Assembly (NCBI GenBank): GCA_964611985.1 | Contig: CAZTBM010000006.1 | Coordinates: 470 to 64,469, forward strand | Reading direction: 5' to 3' | From: an uncultured Desulfurococcales archaeon | Lineage (GTDB): Archaea; Thermoproteota; Thermoprotei_A; CAZTBM01; SZUA-1508 | DNA length: 64,000 bases | Shown: positions 29,122-39,114 of the stretch, in pieces | How the letters are laid out: the number at the start of each line of letters is the position of its first letter | Numbering within the stretch: position 1 is the stretch's first letter | The notes under the pieces: model-generated | The model's input: the letters and a program-made list of their open reading frames with translations, nothing else | The model's database searches: none | What the model was told of the DNA's origin: nothing | Position numbers and translations under genes: made by a program

Positions 29122-29991
29122 ATGATTGCCACTCAGATAATGCTAATAGTAGCGTACTTAGCCCTTTCAATGGCAGTCTACATACTACTCAAAAAGACTT
29201 TAAATTATTTGAAGAATAAAGGGAGGGTTAGCAGAAATGCCCTGTCGATACTAATATTGCTTATGAAGCTGCTTGCACTCGCAGTTATATCCTTTCTCGT
29301 ATACCAAGCTGTCGTTCTCGCATTTCCAGGATTAGCTAATGCATTAGTAGGTTTAATGGCTACGGCAGGATTCGCAGGTATCATAATCGGTCTTGCAGCT
29401 CAAAGTAGCTTAAGCCATATTATATCAGGCATAATTTTAGTTACAAGTAAAACTATAAGAGTAGGTGACCTGATAGAATACGAAAAGAACATGGCATTAA
29501 TAGAAGATATCAGCCTAACTCATACTATTTTACGTTTACGTGATGGTAGGAAGATAGCAATACCAAACTCAACGATACTAAGTATAGCAATAACAAACTA
29601 TAACTTAATAGACGAAAAGATAGCAGCAGAAGTTAACGTAGGTATAAGTTATGAATCGAATTTAGAGTTAGCGGTCAAGGCGATGCTTGAGACAGCTAAT
29701 GGACACCCATTAGTCCTTAAGAACCCACCACCACAGGTCTTAATCATAGGTTTTGGCGAGTCGAGTATAAACTTAAGGCTATACGCGTGGATCGATGACC
29801 CATGGCTTAAACCTATAGTTGAAAGCGATTTGAGACATGGTATCCTAAGGAAGTTTAAGGATTACGGGGTAGAGATACCATATCCACGTAGAGTTCTAAT
29901 TCACCAGAATGTGCAACAGCCCATAACTGACACTAATATTCAAAGCATGGGTGAAACACTTTCTGAGGTGAAGTGTGGTGAGACTGCTTAG
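29122..29991 (+). CDS. MscS-family mechanosensitive channel
   Basis: 289 aa. Three N-terminal TM helices, then FAGIIIGLAAQSSLSHIISGIILV..KTIRVGDLIE and the beta domain. Confidence 0.8.
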   Translation: MIATQIMLIVAYLALSMAVYILLKKTLNYLKNKGRVSRNALSILILLMKLLALAVISFLVYQAVVLAFPGLANALVGLMATAGFAGIIIGLAAQSSLSHIISGIILVTSKTIRVGDLIEYEKNMALIEDISLTHTILRLRDGRKIAIPNSTILSIAITNYNLIDEKIAAEVNVGISYESNLELAVKAMLETANGHPLVLKNPPPQVLIIGFGESSINLRLYAWIDDPWLKPIVESDLRHGILRKFKDYGVEIPYPRRVLIHQNVQQPITDTNIQSMGETLSEVKCGETA

Positions 29992-30535
29992 ACGTAGAGA
30001 GCATAGTAGATACGATATTATTAAGAAACAGCAAGAGAAGCTTAGAATACTGAATAGGAACATCTCATTAATGAAGATAAAGGCTAAGTCAATACTACTT
30101 AAGCTAGTAAAGTTTCGTGAGAGAGTAAATATAATCTTAGAGAGGATGCAACACTTTGGAGCTTCAGAGAGAGAAATAGAACATATAAATCGAGCTATAC
30201 GAACCGCTATTACATTAGAGGTTTTAATGGAGAATATTATCTCAAAACTAGAGATAATACATGAAATTAATGAGGCCGTTTTAGTCTTAGCTCCTATTAT
30301 GGGTGTACTAGATAAGGTTAGGGATATAGCTAAGTCTGACTTGTTTCTTAACATAATTGTAAAGGAGATAGATGAACTTAGGAGGGAGATATACACCACG
30401 CTACTTCTTGTAAGTGGTTATACTACAGTAACTATAGAGTATTATGCGAGAAGTAGTGAGGTTGAAAGAATACTTTATGAAGCTAAAACTATTGCTATGG
30501 AGAGGTTAAAGAATTACTTTAACTTAGATCGTTGA
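29975..30535 (+). CDS. Helical protein, possibly ESCRT-III/Snf7 (CdvB-like) superfamily
   Basis: 186 aa, all-helical, with a basic N-terminus. LMENIISKLEIIHEINEAVLVLAPIMGVLDKVRDIAKSD resembles the alpha3-alpha4 region of archaeal ESCRT-III paralogs (from memory only). GTG start overlaps mscS by 17 nt. Confidence 0.3.
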   Translation: MVRLLRRREHSRYDIIKKQQEKLRILNRNISLMKIKAKSILLKLVKFRERVNIILERMQHFGASEREIEHINRAIRTAITLEVLMENIISKLEIIHEINEAVLVLAPIMGVLDKVRDIAKSDLFLNIIVKEIDELRREIYTTLLLVSGYTTVTIEYYARSSEVERILYEAKTIAMERLKNYFNLDR

Positions 30536-31359
30536 ATTAGAGACGGGTAAAGGTAGTGTTTATTCTCTTTTTTCTTCATGGTATCCCATTCATATAATAC
30601 CTTGACAGCTTCATTAGCTACCTTTATCGCGTCTTCAACACCTATATCTGGTATGAATTCGTCTGTTACTCTATTAGCTATTGCTGCACATACTGCTCCA
30701 GCTCTAGCGCCATAAATATTGGCTAGTGTGAAAATTGTTGCAGCTTCCATCTCAAAGTTTAATACTCTAGCAGCTTGAAGATCGGGTATGATATTGTTCA
30801 TCCAGCTTTGTTTATAACCTTTATAGCCTGGTCTACCTTGACCTGTATAGAATGAATCCGTGCTAGCAGTGATGCCTACATGGTATCTTACACCTAGTGC
30901 TTCAGTTGCCTCTATGAGAGCTAGTACGACCTCGAAATGGGCAACAGCAGGGTATTCAACTCGTACATACTGTTTACTAGTACCATCGAGTCTTACAGCA
31001 CCCATCGATATTATTAAGTCGCCTAGTTTAATGAATGGTTGGATTGCACCAGTAGTACCAACTCTAATGAAAGTATGAGCTCCAACTCTAAGTAGTTCTT
31101 CAACAGCTATGGCGGCAGCAGGCCCTCCAATGCCAGTTGATGTAGCTGATATAGGTGCACCTTTATATCTGCCAGTGTGTGTAACATACTCTCTATGTTT
31201 AGCTACAAGTCTTCTTTCATCCCAATATTTAGATATTCTTTCAACCCTATCTGGGTCGCCGGGAAGTAAAACATAAGGGGCAACATCACCAGGTTTACAG
31301 TAGATATGGTATTGTAATCCCTCTTTAGTCTGGGGTAGAGCAGCCGACATAGGCTTCAA
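30514..31359 (-). CDS. Nucleoside phosphorylase, PNP/UDP family 1 (uridine phosphorylase-like)
   Basis: 281 aa. LPGDPDRVERISKYWD, STGIGGPAAAIAVEEL, FIRVGTTGAIQP, EMEAATIF. Confidence 0.8.
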   Translation of the reverse strand: MKPMSAALPQTKEGLQYHIYCKPGDVAPYVLLPGDPDRVERISKYWDERRLVAKHREYVTHTGRYKGAPISATSTGIGGPAAAIAVEELLRVGAHTFIRVGTTGAIQPFIKLGDLIISMGAVRLDGTSKQYVRVEYPAVAHFEVVLALIEATEALGVRYHVGITASTDSFYTGQGRPGYKGYKQSWMNNIIPDLQAARVLNFEMEAATIFTLANIYGARAGAVCAAIANRVTDEFIPDIGVEDAIKVANEAVKVLYEWDTMKKKENKHYLYPSLIQRSKLK

Positions 31360-31411
31360 AAATAACCACCTTAGAATCTTTTACTGTTTATAATAAATTG
31401 ATTTATGATAT

Positions 31412-32791
31412 TTAATTTTCACTCTTTAATACCTGTTTTCGTAAATCTTTCAGTAATGGTTCTAAGTATTCAGATAGCTCTAAGGCTTTGATTACTATTT
31501 TTTCTTCGTCTACTGTTAGTATTCTCTTATCTTTCATGACTATTTTACCATCAACTATAACTGTTTCTACGTCTCCTCCTCTAGCCATATTAACTATTAC
31601 TTCTTCGATACTGTAGTGTGGTATCATATGGCTTTTATTTATGTTTAAGACTATTAAGTCAGCTAAGTATCCTTCCTTCAGTTTACCCAACTCATCATGT
31701 TTATGTATAGCTTTAGCAGCATTTTTCGTAAGCATTTCCAATACTGTTTGGGCGGGTAGAGCGGTCTTGTCATGTGCCATAATATTAGAAAGTAGCTTTG
31801 CTGCAGTCCTTGCGATTCTTCCTTGCTCCAATAGGTCCATATTACACCATGCTCCACCGTCACTACCTAGACCTACTGGCACACCTAACTCTAAAAGGTC
31901 TATAGCTTTAGAGAAACCCATAAGGTATGAGTCAACATAGGGGCACCAAGCTATACTAGCTCCAGACTTGGTGACCATGATTGCCTCTTTTGAATCTAAA
32001 AATATCATATGGACTGCCAGCACTCTATTATTTAGATAGCCTTTTTCATACATCAATTCAACAGGTCTTTTACCATATTTTTCGAGTGTAAAGTCTACCT
32101 CAACCCTATCTTCGGCCAAATGCATTGTAATATATGTATTCTTTTCTTTAGCTAACTCTGTAAACTTCTCAAAAAGCTCAAGAGTATCAAGCATCACCTC
32201 TCTAAGAGAGAACCAAATTTCCACCCTACCATTACCTTTTCCATGCCATGTTTCAAATAATCTTAGATTCTCTTTGATAAGATTATCAGTATCCATGTAC
32301 ATAGGTATATCGGGATCTAGGTCAATATTACTTCGTGTAACTATGCCTCTAATACCTGTCTCCTCTACTGCTTCGGCTATCTTATCTGGATAGGGGCCTC
32401 CAGCTTCCACAAAACATGTTGTACCATTTTTAATCATGTTTATTATTGAAAGTAAGGAAGCTATTTTCACTTGATCAGGTTTAAGATTGGCCTCAAATGG
32501 TATAAGATAGTTAAGCCATACTGGAGGAAGTGCCGTTAATTTATCAGTAAAGCTTCCTCTGAGAAGTATTTGAGCATTATGAACATGAAGATCTATGAAT
32601 CCTGGTAAAACTATTTTACCCTTTAAATTAATAACTTCATCAGCATAATATCTTGATTCTATATCATCCTTCTTCCCCACGGCAATAATTTTATTATCCT
32701 TTATCGCTATGGACCCTTCATATATTACCCCTTTATCACTAAGGGTTACAAGTATTCCATTTGATAAAATTAAATCTACACGTTCCTTCAA
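31412..32791 (-). CDS. Amidohydrolase-superfamily nucleoside/nucleobase deaminase (MtaD/SAH-MTA deaminase-like)
   Basis: 459 aa. PGFIDLHVHNAQ, MHLAED (HxAE), LGSDGGAW. Confidence 0.7.
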   Translation of the reverse strand: MKERVDLILSNGILVTLSDKGVIYEGSIAIKDNKIIAVGKKDDIESRYYADEVINLKGKIVLPGFIDLHVHNAQILLRGSFTDKLTALPPVWLNYLIPFEANLKPDQVKIASLLSIINMIKNGTTCFVEAGGPYPDKIAEAVEETGIRGIVTRSNIDLDPDIPMYMDTDNLIKENLRLFETWHGKGNGRVEIWFSLREVMLDTLELFEKFTELAKEKNTYITMHLAEDRVEVDFTLEKYGKRPVELMYEKGYLNNRVLAVHMIFLDSKEAIMVTKSGASIAWCPYVDSYLMGFSKAIDLLELGVPVGLGSDGGAWCNMDLLEQGRIARTAAKLLSNIMAHDKTALPAQTVLEMLTKNAAKAIHKHDELGKLKEGYLADLIVLNINKSHMIPHYSIEEVIVNMARGGDVETVIVDGKIVMKDKRILTVDEEKIVIKALELSEYLEPLLKDLRKQVLKSEN

Positions 32792-32941
32792 CTAATCCAC
32801 CAATCAACCTATCTAAAACAATAGTTATAATATTTTTTCATAATTACATAATACTAAGAGAGTATACTTCATAGTTGTACATATGGGCCGAAAAATATTG
32901 ATTTATCAGTACATATAGAAGAATAGTCAGGTGTAAAAATT

Positions 32942-34189
32942 ATGAAAGGTTTTAAGATAGTTTTAATTCCTTTAGCCTCACCCTTACATAACCCTCAACT
33001 GGTAGATCCTGTTCTGAAGAGAATAAAAGAGAAGCTACTAGACTTAATTGATTATTCCTTTACTAAGATTGTGAATTTAAGTAGCATAAACCACGATATT
33101 GCAAAGAAGGCTGAGGTCTTTATTATCTCTGTACTCACAGGTGGAACTGAAGGATTAATAATAGAGCTTGTTGAGAGATATAGGAAGCCAGTGATACTAA
33201 TAGCTCATGACTCACAAAATAGCTTAGCGGCAGCACTTGAAGCATACTCAGTATTAGTTGAGAAAGGATATTACGGTAAATTAATTTTAGAAAACGAAAT
33301 CAACGAACTAAGGTATATTATAAAGGCTATAAGAGTTTTAGCAAGCCTAAAGAACATGAAATTTATATCAATAGGCAAACCATCACCATGGCTTATTTAT
33401 AGTAAGTCTGTTGAACCACTAATAGAAAGAGATCTAGGAGTAAAGGTAGAGTATTCAAGCATTGATGAATTATTAAGCCTAAAACCTGAGAAAGTGGAAG
33501 ATGTAGAGTTAAATGAGATTTTGAGGAAATGGGGTTTACTTCAAGTTAGGAAATATGTGTCGCACAAAGACATTGAAGAATCTCTAAAGTTTTATCTTGC
33601 ATTAAAGAGACTGATAGATAAGTATAAAGCTAAAATTATAACTATTCGCTGTTTTGATCTTTTAAAATATAATGTCACAGCATGTCTACCGCTGAGCCTA
33701 CTAAATAGCGAAGGCGTTATAGCAGGGTGCGAGGCTGACATCCCAGCTACCATTTCACTAGCAATATTGTCGTTTATTGCAGAAAAACCATCATTCATGG
33801 CTAACGTAGTCTGGCTTGAAAACAATAGAATATTATTCGCTCATTGTACTATAGCTCTCCGACTAGTCCAAAACTTCACGCTCAAGAGTCATTTTGAATC
33901 AGGCTTGGGAGTGGCTATTGAAGGTTATCCCAAGAAAGGAGAAGTAGCGACATTCATGAGGCTTGATCCTAAGAAGAAAATCCTCACAATAGGTAAAGGA
34001 ACAGTCTTAAATGACAAGCCTTTGAGATATGATAACTGTAGAACTCAGATAGTAGTCGAAGTTGAAGGTAATGCAAAGAAAATGCTTAAGACTCCTATAG
34101 GAAATCACTTTGTACTAACCTATGGTGACCATACAAAACCGTTAATGTACTTTGCTGAAATAATAGGGTACAAAATTAATTTAATCTAA
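32942..34189 (+). CDS. L-fucose/L-arabinose isomerase-like protein of unknown specificity
   Basis: 415 aa. GCEADIPATISLAILS and IGNHFVLTYGDH resemble FucI/AraA-family motifs (memory only). Confidence 0.4.
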   Translation: MKGFKIVLIPLASPLHNPQLVDPVLKRIKEKLLDLIDYSFTKIVNLSSINHDIAKKAEVFIISVLTGGTEGLIIELVERYRKPVILIAHDSQNSLAAALEAYSVLVEKGYYGKLILENEINELRYIIKAIRVLASLKNMKFISIGKPSPWLIYSKSVEPLIERDLGVKVEYSSIDELLSLKPEKVEDVELNEILRKWGLLQVRKYVSHKDIEESLKFYLALKRLIDKYKAKIITIRCFDLLKYNVTACLPLSLLNSEGVIAGCEADIPATISLAILSFIAEKPSFMANVVWLENNRILFAHCTIALRLVQNFTLKSHFESGLGVAIEGYPKKGEVATFMRLDPKKKILTIGKGTVLNDKPLRYDNCRTQIVVEVEGNAKKMLKTPIGNHFVLTYGDHTKPLMYFAEIIGYKINLI

Positions 34190-34201
34190 ATTAATCCTTT
34201 A

Positions 34202-35107
34202 TTACACCTCCCTTCTATACGGGATAGCTATTGCTGATGGTGGCTTAGCCTTCTTAAAGAACAATGAAAATATTACCACTGTTGCAATATAAGGTATCAT
34301 TTGGAATAATTGTGGAGGCATCGTAGCACTATATATTTGTGCTAAATTCATTTGGAGTGCATCAAAGAATCCAAAGATTAATGATGCTAACAATGTTGTT
34401 AATGGATTCCATCCGCCGACAATTATTGAGGCTAAAGCTATAAAGCCTCTACCAGCACTCATGTAACTGACAAACCTACCACCCCAATCAACACCTAAGT
34501 AGGCTCCTGCAAGACCTGCCATTGCCCCGCCGAATACTGTTGCTAGTATTCTTACTCTAAACACATTTACGCCTAAAGTGTCAGCTGCTTGCGGATTTTC
34601 ACCTACAGCTCTAAGTCTAAGTCCGATCCATGTATTCTTTAGGATATAGTGGATCGTGAAAGCAAGTAGGAATGTTAATACTAAGTTAGGACTTATACTT
34701 ATTGAGGTTTTACCTATATTTATCAGTAGGTGAGGTACCCTAGTTACACCTACAGAGAATCCCGGCTGACCCCATATTATAGTATTACCTACAGCTGTTA
34801 TGCCATAGCCGAAGAATATGACTCCTATACCTATAATTATTTGATCAGCATACAGATAGACGCTTAGTACTGAATGGAGTAAACCTAATAACATACCCAC
34901 AATTATTCCCATCAGTAGTCCGATGAAAGGATTTCCGGTGACGAATGTTCCTACGACGGATATAAAGGCACCAATGACCATAATGCCCTCTATGCCTATG
35001 TTAACTATACCTGACCTTTCGGCTACAAGCTCACCTAAAGCTGTTAGTGCTATTGGTACACTAAGTCTAAGAGTTGAATCAATAAGAGCTAAAATTAACT
35101 CGCTCAT
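34202..35107 (-). CDS. ABC transporter permease (BMP/nucleoside-type, YufQ/NupQ-like)
   Basis: 301 aa polytopic protein. LRLRAVGENPQAADTLGVNV conserved loop. Confidence 0.85.
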   Translation of the reverse strand: MSELILALIDSTLRLSVPIALTALGELVAERSGIVNIGIEGIMVIGAFISVVGTFVTGNPFIGLLMGIIVGMLLGLLHSVLSVYLYADQIIIGIGVIFFGYGITAVGNTIIWGQPGFSVGVTRVPHLLINIGKTSISISPNLVLTFLLAFTIHYILKNTWIGLRLRAVGENPQAADTLGVNVFRVRILATVFGGAMAGLAGAYLGVDWGGRFVSYMSAGRGFIALASIIVGGWNPLTTLLASLIFGFFDALQMNLAQIYSATMPPQLFQMIPYIATVVIFSLFFKKAKPPSAIAIPYRREV

Positions 35108-36144
35108 AACTTATACCTCCTAAAAGTTATTTTTCTATGAATTATACGGTAGGCTTCAGGCACAGCTGCTGCAATGAGTATGATTCCTTGAATCACAAGT
35201 ACCATTTCATTAGACACTCCTGCAGTTAGCATCATACCTATAGATCCTGTTCGGAGTGTTGCTAAAAGAAGTGATGCTGGAATTACCATGAACGGATTAT
35301 TCTTAGCTATTAATGCTGCAGTTATACCATCCCATCCGTAACCTGGTGAAAATCTATATACAAGAGAACCAAAAACCCCCAGTACCATAGAGGCGCCAGC
35401 AAGTCCTGCCAGGAAACCTGAGATAATGAATGTTTTGAAATATGTTTTCTCAACGTTTATGTCGGCTATCCTACTTGCAATGGGATTTAATCCAACACAC
35501 CTTATTTCATACCCTAATGTTGTCTTATACAATAATACTCCAATTATAAAACATGAGATTATAGCAATAATGAACATATAATTTAAAGGTATATCTAGTG
35601 AAATGTTTGGTATAAGTGCTGTGGACTTGACCTTATATGTTCTTGCTATTGTAGCTTGAGGATCTATAAAAGCATATTCAACAATATAATCTGAGAAGAA
35701 TATGGCTATCCAGTTAAGCATTATAGCAAGAACAGTCTCATTGACTCCATGATATGACCTTAAATAGCCAGGTAAAAGACCCCAAAGTACTCCACCAAGA
35801 CCGCCAGCAATCAATGCTATTAGCGCATGAACTCCGGGTGGTGCTGGAATTAAGTAACCTGTCAAGAAAGCTACTATTGCACCAATGTAGAGTTGCCCCT
35901 CCATACCTATGAAGAATAATGACGCTTTAAACATAAGAGCTGCTGAAAGTCCTGCAAATATTATCGGTATCATAGCTGTAAGTGTATCAAATACCGCACC
36001 TGTAGTACCAAAAGCTCCATGAAATAGGGCGGAGTAGACAAGTATAGGATCATAACTAGTAGCAAATAGTAGTAGTGCTCCCAAAGTGAAACCTATTATA
36101 ACAGCAGCCAAAGAAGACACAATATCTATGATGTACCTTCTCAT
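35104..36144 (-). CDS. ABC transporter permease (BMP/nucleoside-type, YufP/NupP-like)
   Basis: 346 aa polytopic protein. YEIRCVGLNPIASRIADINV loop. 4-nt overlaps with both neighbours. Confidence 0.85.
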   Translation of the reverse strand: MRRYIIDIVSSLAAVIIGFTLGALLLFATSYDPILVYSALFHGAFGTTGAVFDTLTAMIPIIFAGLSAALMFKASLFFIGMEGQLYIGAIVAFLTGYLIPAPPGVHALIALIAGGLGGVLWGLLPGYLRSYHGVNETVLAIMLNWIAIFFSDYIVEYAFIDPQATIARTYKVKSTALIPNISLDIPLNYMFIIAIISCFIIGVLLYKTTLGYEIRCVGLNPIASRIADINVEKTYFKTFIISGFLAGLAGASMVLGVFGSLVYRFSPGYGWDGITAALIAKNNPFMVIPASLLLATLRTGSIGMMLTAGVSNEMVLVIQGIILIAAAVPEAYRIIHRKITFRRYKL

Positions 36145-37634
36145 GCCTTAACACCACCCATCAATAAACCTAATCTTTCCTCAGTAAACCTTTCCGCTAA
36201 ATCTTCACCTATAATAGTACCTTCATATATTACCCCTATTCTATCACATATTTCTAGAGCTTCATCAATATCAGCTGTTATAAGTAATATTGCTTTACCT
36301 TGATTCCTTAAATCAACTAAGAGTTTTCGGACGAAGTTCGTAGCAGCTATATCTAGTCCTCTTGTTGGATGTGCGGCTAATATAATATCAGATTTCTTAC
36401 TTAACTCTCTAGCAATAATCACTTTCTGCTGATTACCTCCACTTAATAGTTTTACAGGTAATTTTATATCGGTAACAACGATATCATACTTTTTAACTAA
36501 TTGTTTAGTATGTTTTACTACTCTATCATAATCCATAAGTATAGTCTTTCCTTTCCTAAAGAGTCTATGTAAACCTAATACACTGTTGTCACATACTGAC
36601 ATATCTGGTACAAGGCCTTCAACAGATCTATCAGCCGGTATGTAGGTTAACGTTTGCGACTTAACTACAATTTCGCCTTTCTCTATAGGTCTTAAGCCTA
36701 TCAAAGCTTCAATTAACTCTTTTTGGCCGTTACCCTCAACACCAACTATACCGTAAATCTCCCCATAATGGACTTTAAAACTTAAATCTTTAACAGCATA
36801 TAAGCCTAAATCACCCTTCACCCACAGGTTTTTAACTATTAGAGCTGGCTCTCCTGGCTTGTATGGAGGTTTAGTAATTGGCGTAGCCGTAATTTTGACC
36901 ATCATTCTAGCAAGCATTGAAGGTGTAGCCTTAGATGTTTCGACCTCACCCTCAACAAGCCCCTTACGTAAAACAACGATCCGATCGGTTATGGCTAGTG
37001 CCTCTTTAATCTTATGAGTTATGAATATTATTGTTTTGCCCTCTTCCTTAAACTTCCTCAATATTTGGAATAAGGACTTAACTTCTATTGGTGTTAATAC
37101 TGAGGTCGGTTCATCAAGTATTAATATGTCGACACCGCGATAGAGCATTTTGAGTATCTCAACTTTTTGTCTGACACCCACTGGTAATAATGCAATAGGG
37201 GTCTTAACGTCCACGTTTATGCCTAGTTCTTTGGCTAATTCTTGGACATCTTTAACAGCCTTGTCCCAGTCTATTGAGAGAAAACGTTTTCTCTCATAAC
37301 CTAGTATTACGTTTTCCACTATAGAGAATTGAGGTATAAGTGTAAAGTGTTGATGCACCATTCCTATGCCTAGAGCTAAAGCATCTTTAGGGCTTTTGAA
37401 TTGTACTTTTTTTCCTTTTACTTTTATTTCTCCTTTTGTTGGTGGTATTAGTCCTGATAGTATCTTCATTAGAGTAGTCTTACCAGCACCATTCTCACCA
37501 AGCAAACCAACAATCTCGCCTTCGTCTACTTTCAGGTCTACTCCTCTAAGAGCCACTGTACCATCAGGATATATTTTGACTATGTTCTTCATTTCAACTA
37601 TTGGGGGCAACTTCGCCGACCTTCCCTTTTTCAT
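36141..37634 (-). CDS. ABC transporter ATP-binding protein with duplicated ATPase domains
   Basis: 497 aa. Walker A GENGAGKTT, signature LPVGVRQKVEI, and a second signature LSGGNQQKV. Confidence 0.9.
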   Translation of the reverse strand: MKKGRSAKLPPIVEMKNIVKIYPDGTVALRGVDLKVDEGEIVGLLGENGAGKTTLMKILSGLIPPTKGEIKVKGKKVQFKSPKDALALGIGMVHQHFTLIPQFSIVENVILGYERKRFLSIDWDKAVKDVQELAKELGINVDVKTPIALLPVGVRQKVEILKMLYRGVDILILDEPTSVLTPIEVKSLFQILRKFKEEGKTIIFITHKIKEALAITDRIVVLRKGLVEGEVETSKATPSMLARMMVKITATPITKPPYKPGEPALIVKNLWVKGDLGLYAVKDLSFKVHYGEIYGIVGVEGNGQKELIEALIGLRPIEKGEIVVKSQTLTYIPADRSVEGLVPDMSVCDNSVLGLHRLFRKGKTILMDYDRVVKHTKQLVKKYDIVVTDIKLPVKLLSGGNQQKVIIARELSKKSDIILAAHPTRGLDIAATNFVRKLLVDLRNQGKAILLITADIDEALEICDRIGVIYEGTIIGEDLAERFTEERLGLLMGGVKA

Positions 37635-37655
37635 TCCCTTAAACTTACGTAAATA

Positions 37656-37666
37656 CTTTTCCAGAT
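37656..37666. promoter_or_regulatory. Copy 1 of a shared 11-mer (CTTTTCCAGAT; ATCTGGAAAAG on the coding strand) upstream of the ABC ATPase gene
   Basis: Exact 11-nt identity with 39115-39125. It lies 22 nt upstream of ATG 37634 on the minus strand. Confidence 0.4.
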
Positions 37667-37743
37667 TTATCTTTATTCAATAATATTGTGTTAAAGTAAA
37701 AATAATAGAAGAAAAACAAAGTAAGTATTGAATATTGTTAGTG

Positions 37744-39072
37744 TTAACCATATCTTTCTCTAAGGTGTTTAATTGTCTTAGCTGTTGGGTATGGTACTTT
37801 AATTTCTCCCTTGATTATCTTATCTCTAAGATCCATTATCTTATCCCATATATCTTTGAGTACTTTATCCCTCATGTCTATTATGGTCTTATATGTTTTA
37901 TCTGCCTCTTCCTTACTCATAAGCTTCAATTCTACAGCAATGTCAATCATCTTCTTTATATCATCAGGTTTGCTTATGTCTACGCCACCCTCCTTTAATC
38001 CTAGGTGCCATATTTCACCTTTGAATGTGCCTAAAGCCGCACTTTCGATGGTCTTGTAGACTGCTACTTCAACGTGTTTAACCATGCTTGCAATAATGTA
38101 TCCTGGGTGTACCCATTCCTGTGGTGCGTCAACACCTATAGCATATACCTCTTTACCTGTCTTCTTAGCCCACTCATATACTGCATCTAACACTCCTAGA
38201 CCTGTCTCGCCAGCTGCATGATAGATTACATCTGCTCCCTGCTGTAGCATTAGAGTGGCAGCCTCTTTACCCTTAGGTGGATCGCCGAATGTTCCAGTGT
38301 ATTGCCAGAATATCTTGATCTTCTTACCTGTCATGTTCATTATGTAGTGTACTCCCCACTTATAGCCTATCTCGAACTTCCATAGTGGTGGTATATCCAT
38401 ACCTAAAACGATGCCGACTTTGTCTGTTTTTGTAAGTAGGGCTGCTAATGCACCAACTAATGCTGAGCCTTCATTCTCTTTGAATAATACTGATACCACA
38501 TTGGGTTTACCTTCAACAACAGCGTCTAGAATAGCGAATTTCTGCTTTGGATACTTGTCAGCTAGTGTAGCTATCTGCTCTGCCATCATGAAGTTTACTA
38601 CAACAATTATATCGTAACCTTTCTGACAGATATCTTCTAGGAACTTAAGGTATTGTGCCATGGGCACGTTTTCGTAGTAGAAGTAGTCTACTTTAGCTCC
38701 AAGCTTTGCAACAGCCATTTGTCCTCCAAGCCATCCCATATCGTTGAATCCTAAATCACCACGTTTCCTTATAACAACAGCTGCCTTAAGAGGCTTGGTA
38801 GGTGTTGGACTGGCTGCAACTGTTTTTGTGACTGTTACGGTTGAAGTTACAGTTTTAGCTATAGTGACTGTTTTAGCAGGCGCAGTAACGGTGATTGTGG
38901 CAGCACCAGTTGTAACTGTTACTGTTTTTACACTAGTTACTGTTGTTGAAACGGTTTCTGTTACTTTTTCAGTGACTCTTGGAGCCATGAAGTAACCGCC
39001 AGCTGCACCAATAATTAATCCTATTATCAAAGCTGCAATAATTAATCCTGTTTTGGTCTGAGCTAAAGCCAC
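37744..39072 (-). CDS. BMP-family (PnrA-like) substrate-binding protein with TM anchor and Thr/Val-rich linker
   Basis: 442 aa. N-terminal TM helix, a roughly 70-aa T/V-rich stretch, then a BMP-like fold (GFNDMGW..., VGIVLGMDIPP, GVDAPQ). Confidence 0.8.
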   Translation of the reverse strand: MALAQTKTGLIIAALIIGLIIGAAGGYFMAPRVTEKVTETVSTTVTSVKTVTVTTGAATITVTAPAKTVTIAKTVTSTVTVTKTVAASPTPTKPLKAAVVIRKRGDLGFNDMGWLGGQMAVAKLGAKVDYFYYENVPMAQYLKFLEDICQKGYDIIVVVNFMMAEQIATLADKYPKQKFAILDAVVEGKPNVVSVLFKENEGSALVGALAALLTKTDKVGIVLGMDIPPLWKFEIGYKWGVHYIMNMTGKKIKIFWQYTGTFGDPPKGKEAATLMLQQGADVIYHAAGETGLGVLDAVYEWAKKTGKEVYAIGVDAPQEWVHPGYIIASMVKHVEVAVYKTIESAALGTFKGEIWHLGLKEGGVDISKPDDIKKMIDIAVELKLMSKEEADKTYKTIIDMRDKVLKDIWDKIMDLRDKIIKGEIKVPYPTAKTIKHLRERYG

Positions 39073-39114
39073 ACTAAATCACCATCTACTTTTTCGACTA
39101 AAGTCCCTAAAAAT

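Noticed and set aside
29896-30399. A 167-aa minus-strand ORF overlapping the 186-aa helical protein gene.
   Set aside because: Its Ser/Leu/Ile-rich sequence is the complement of a Lys/Glu/Arg-rich helical protein. The plus-strand ORF is also translationally coupled to mscS.
3418-30535. Convergent 3'-end overlaps: 3418-3447, 12223-12239, 13325-13332 and 30514-30535.
   Set aside because: These are common in compact archaeal genomes. There is no evidence that they have regulatory meaning.
38800-38990. Repetitive GTTAC/ACTGT-rich DNA as a tandem repeat or CRISPR-like array.
   Set aside because: It has no regular repeat-spacer periodicity. It simply encodes the Thr/Val-rich linker of the binding protein.
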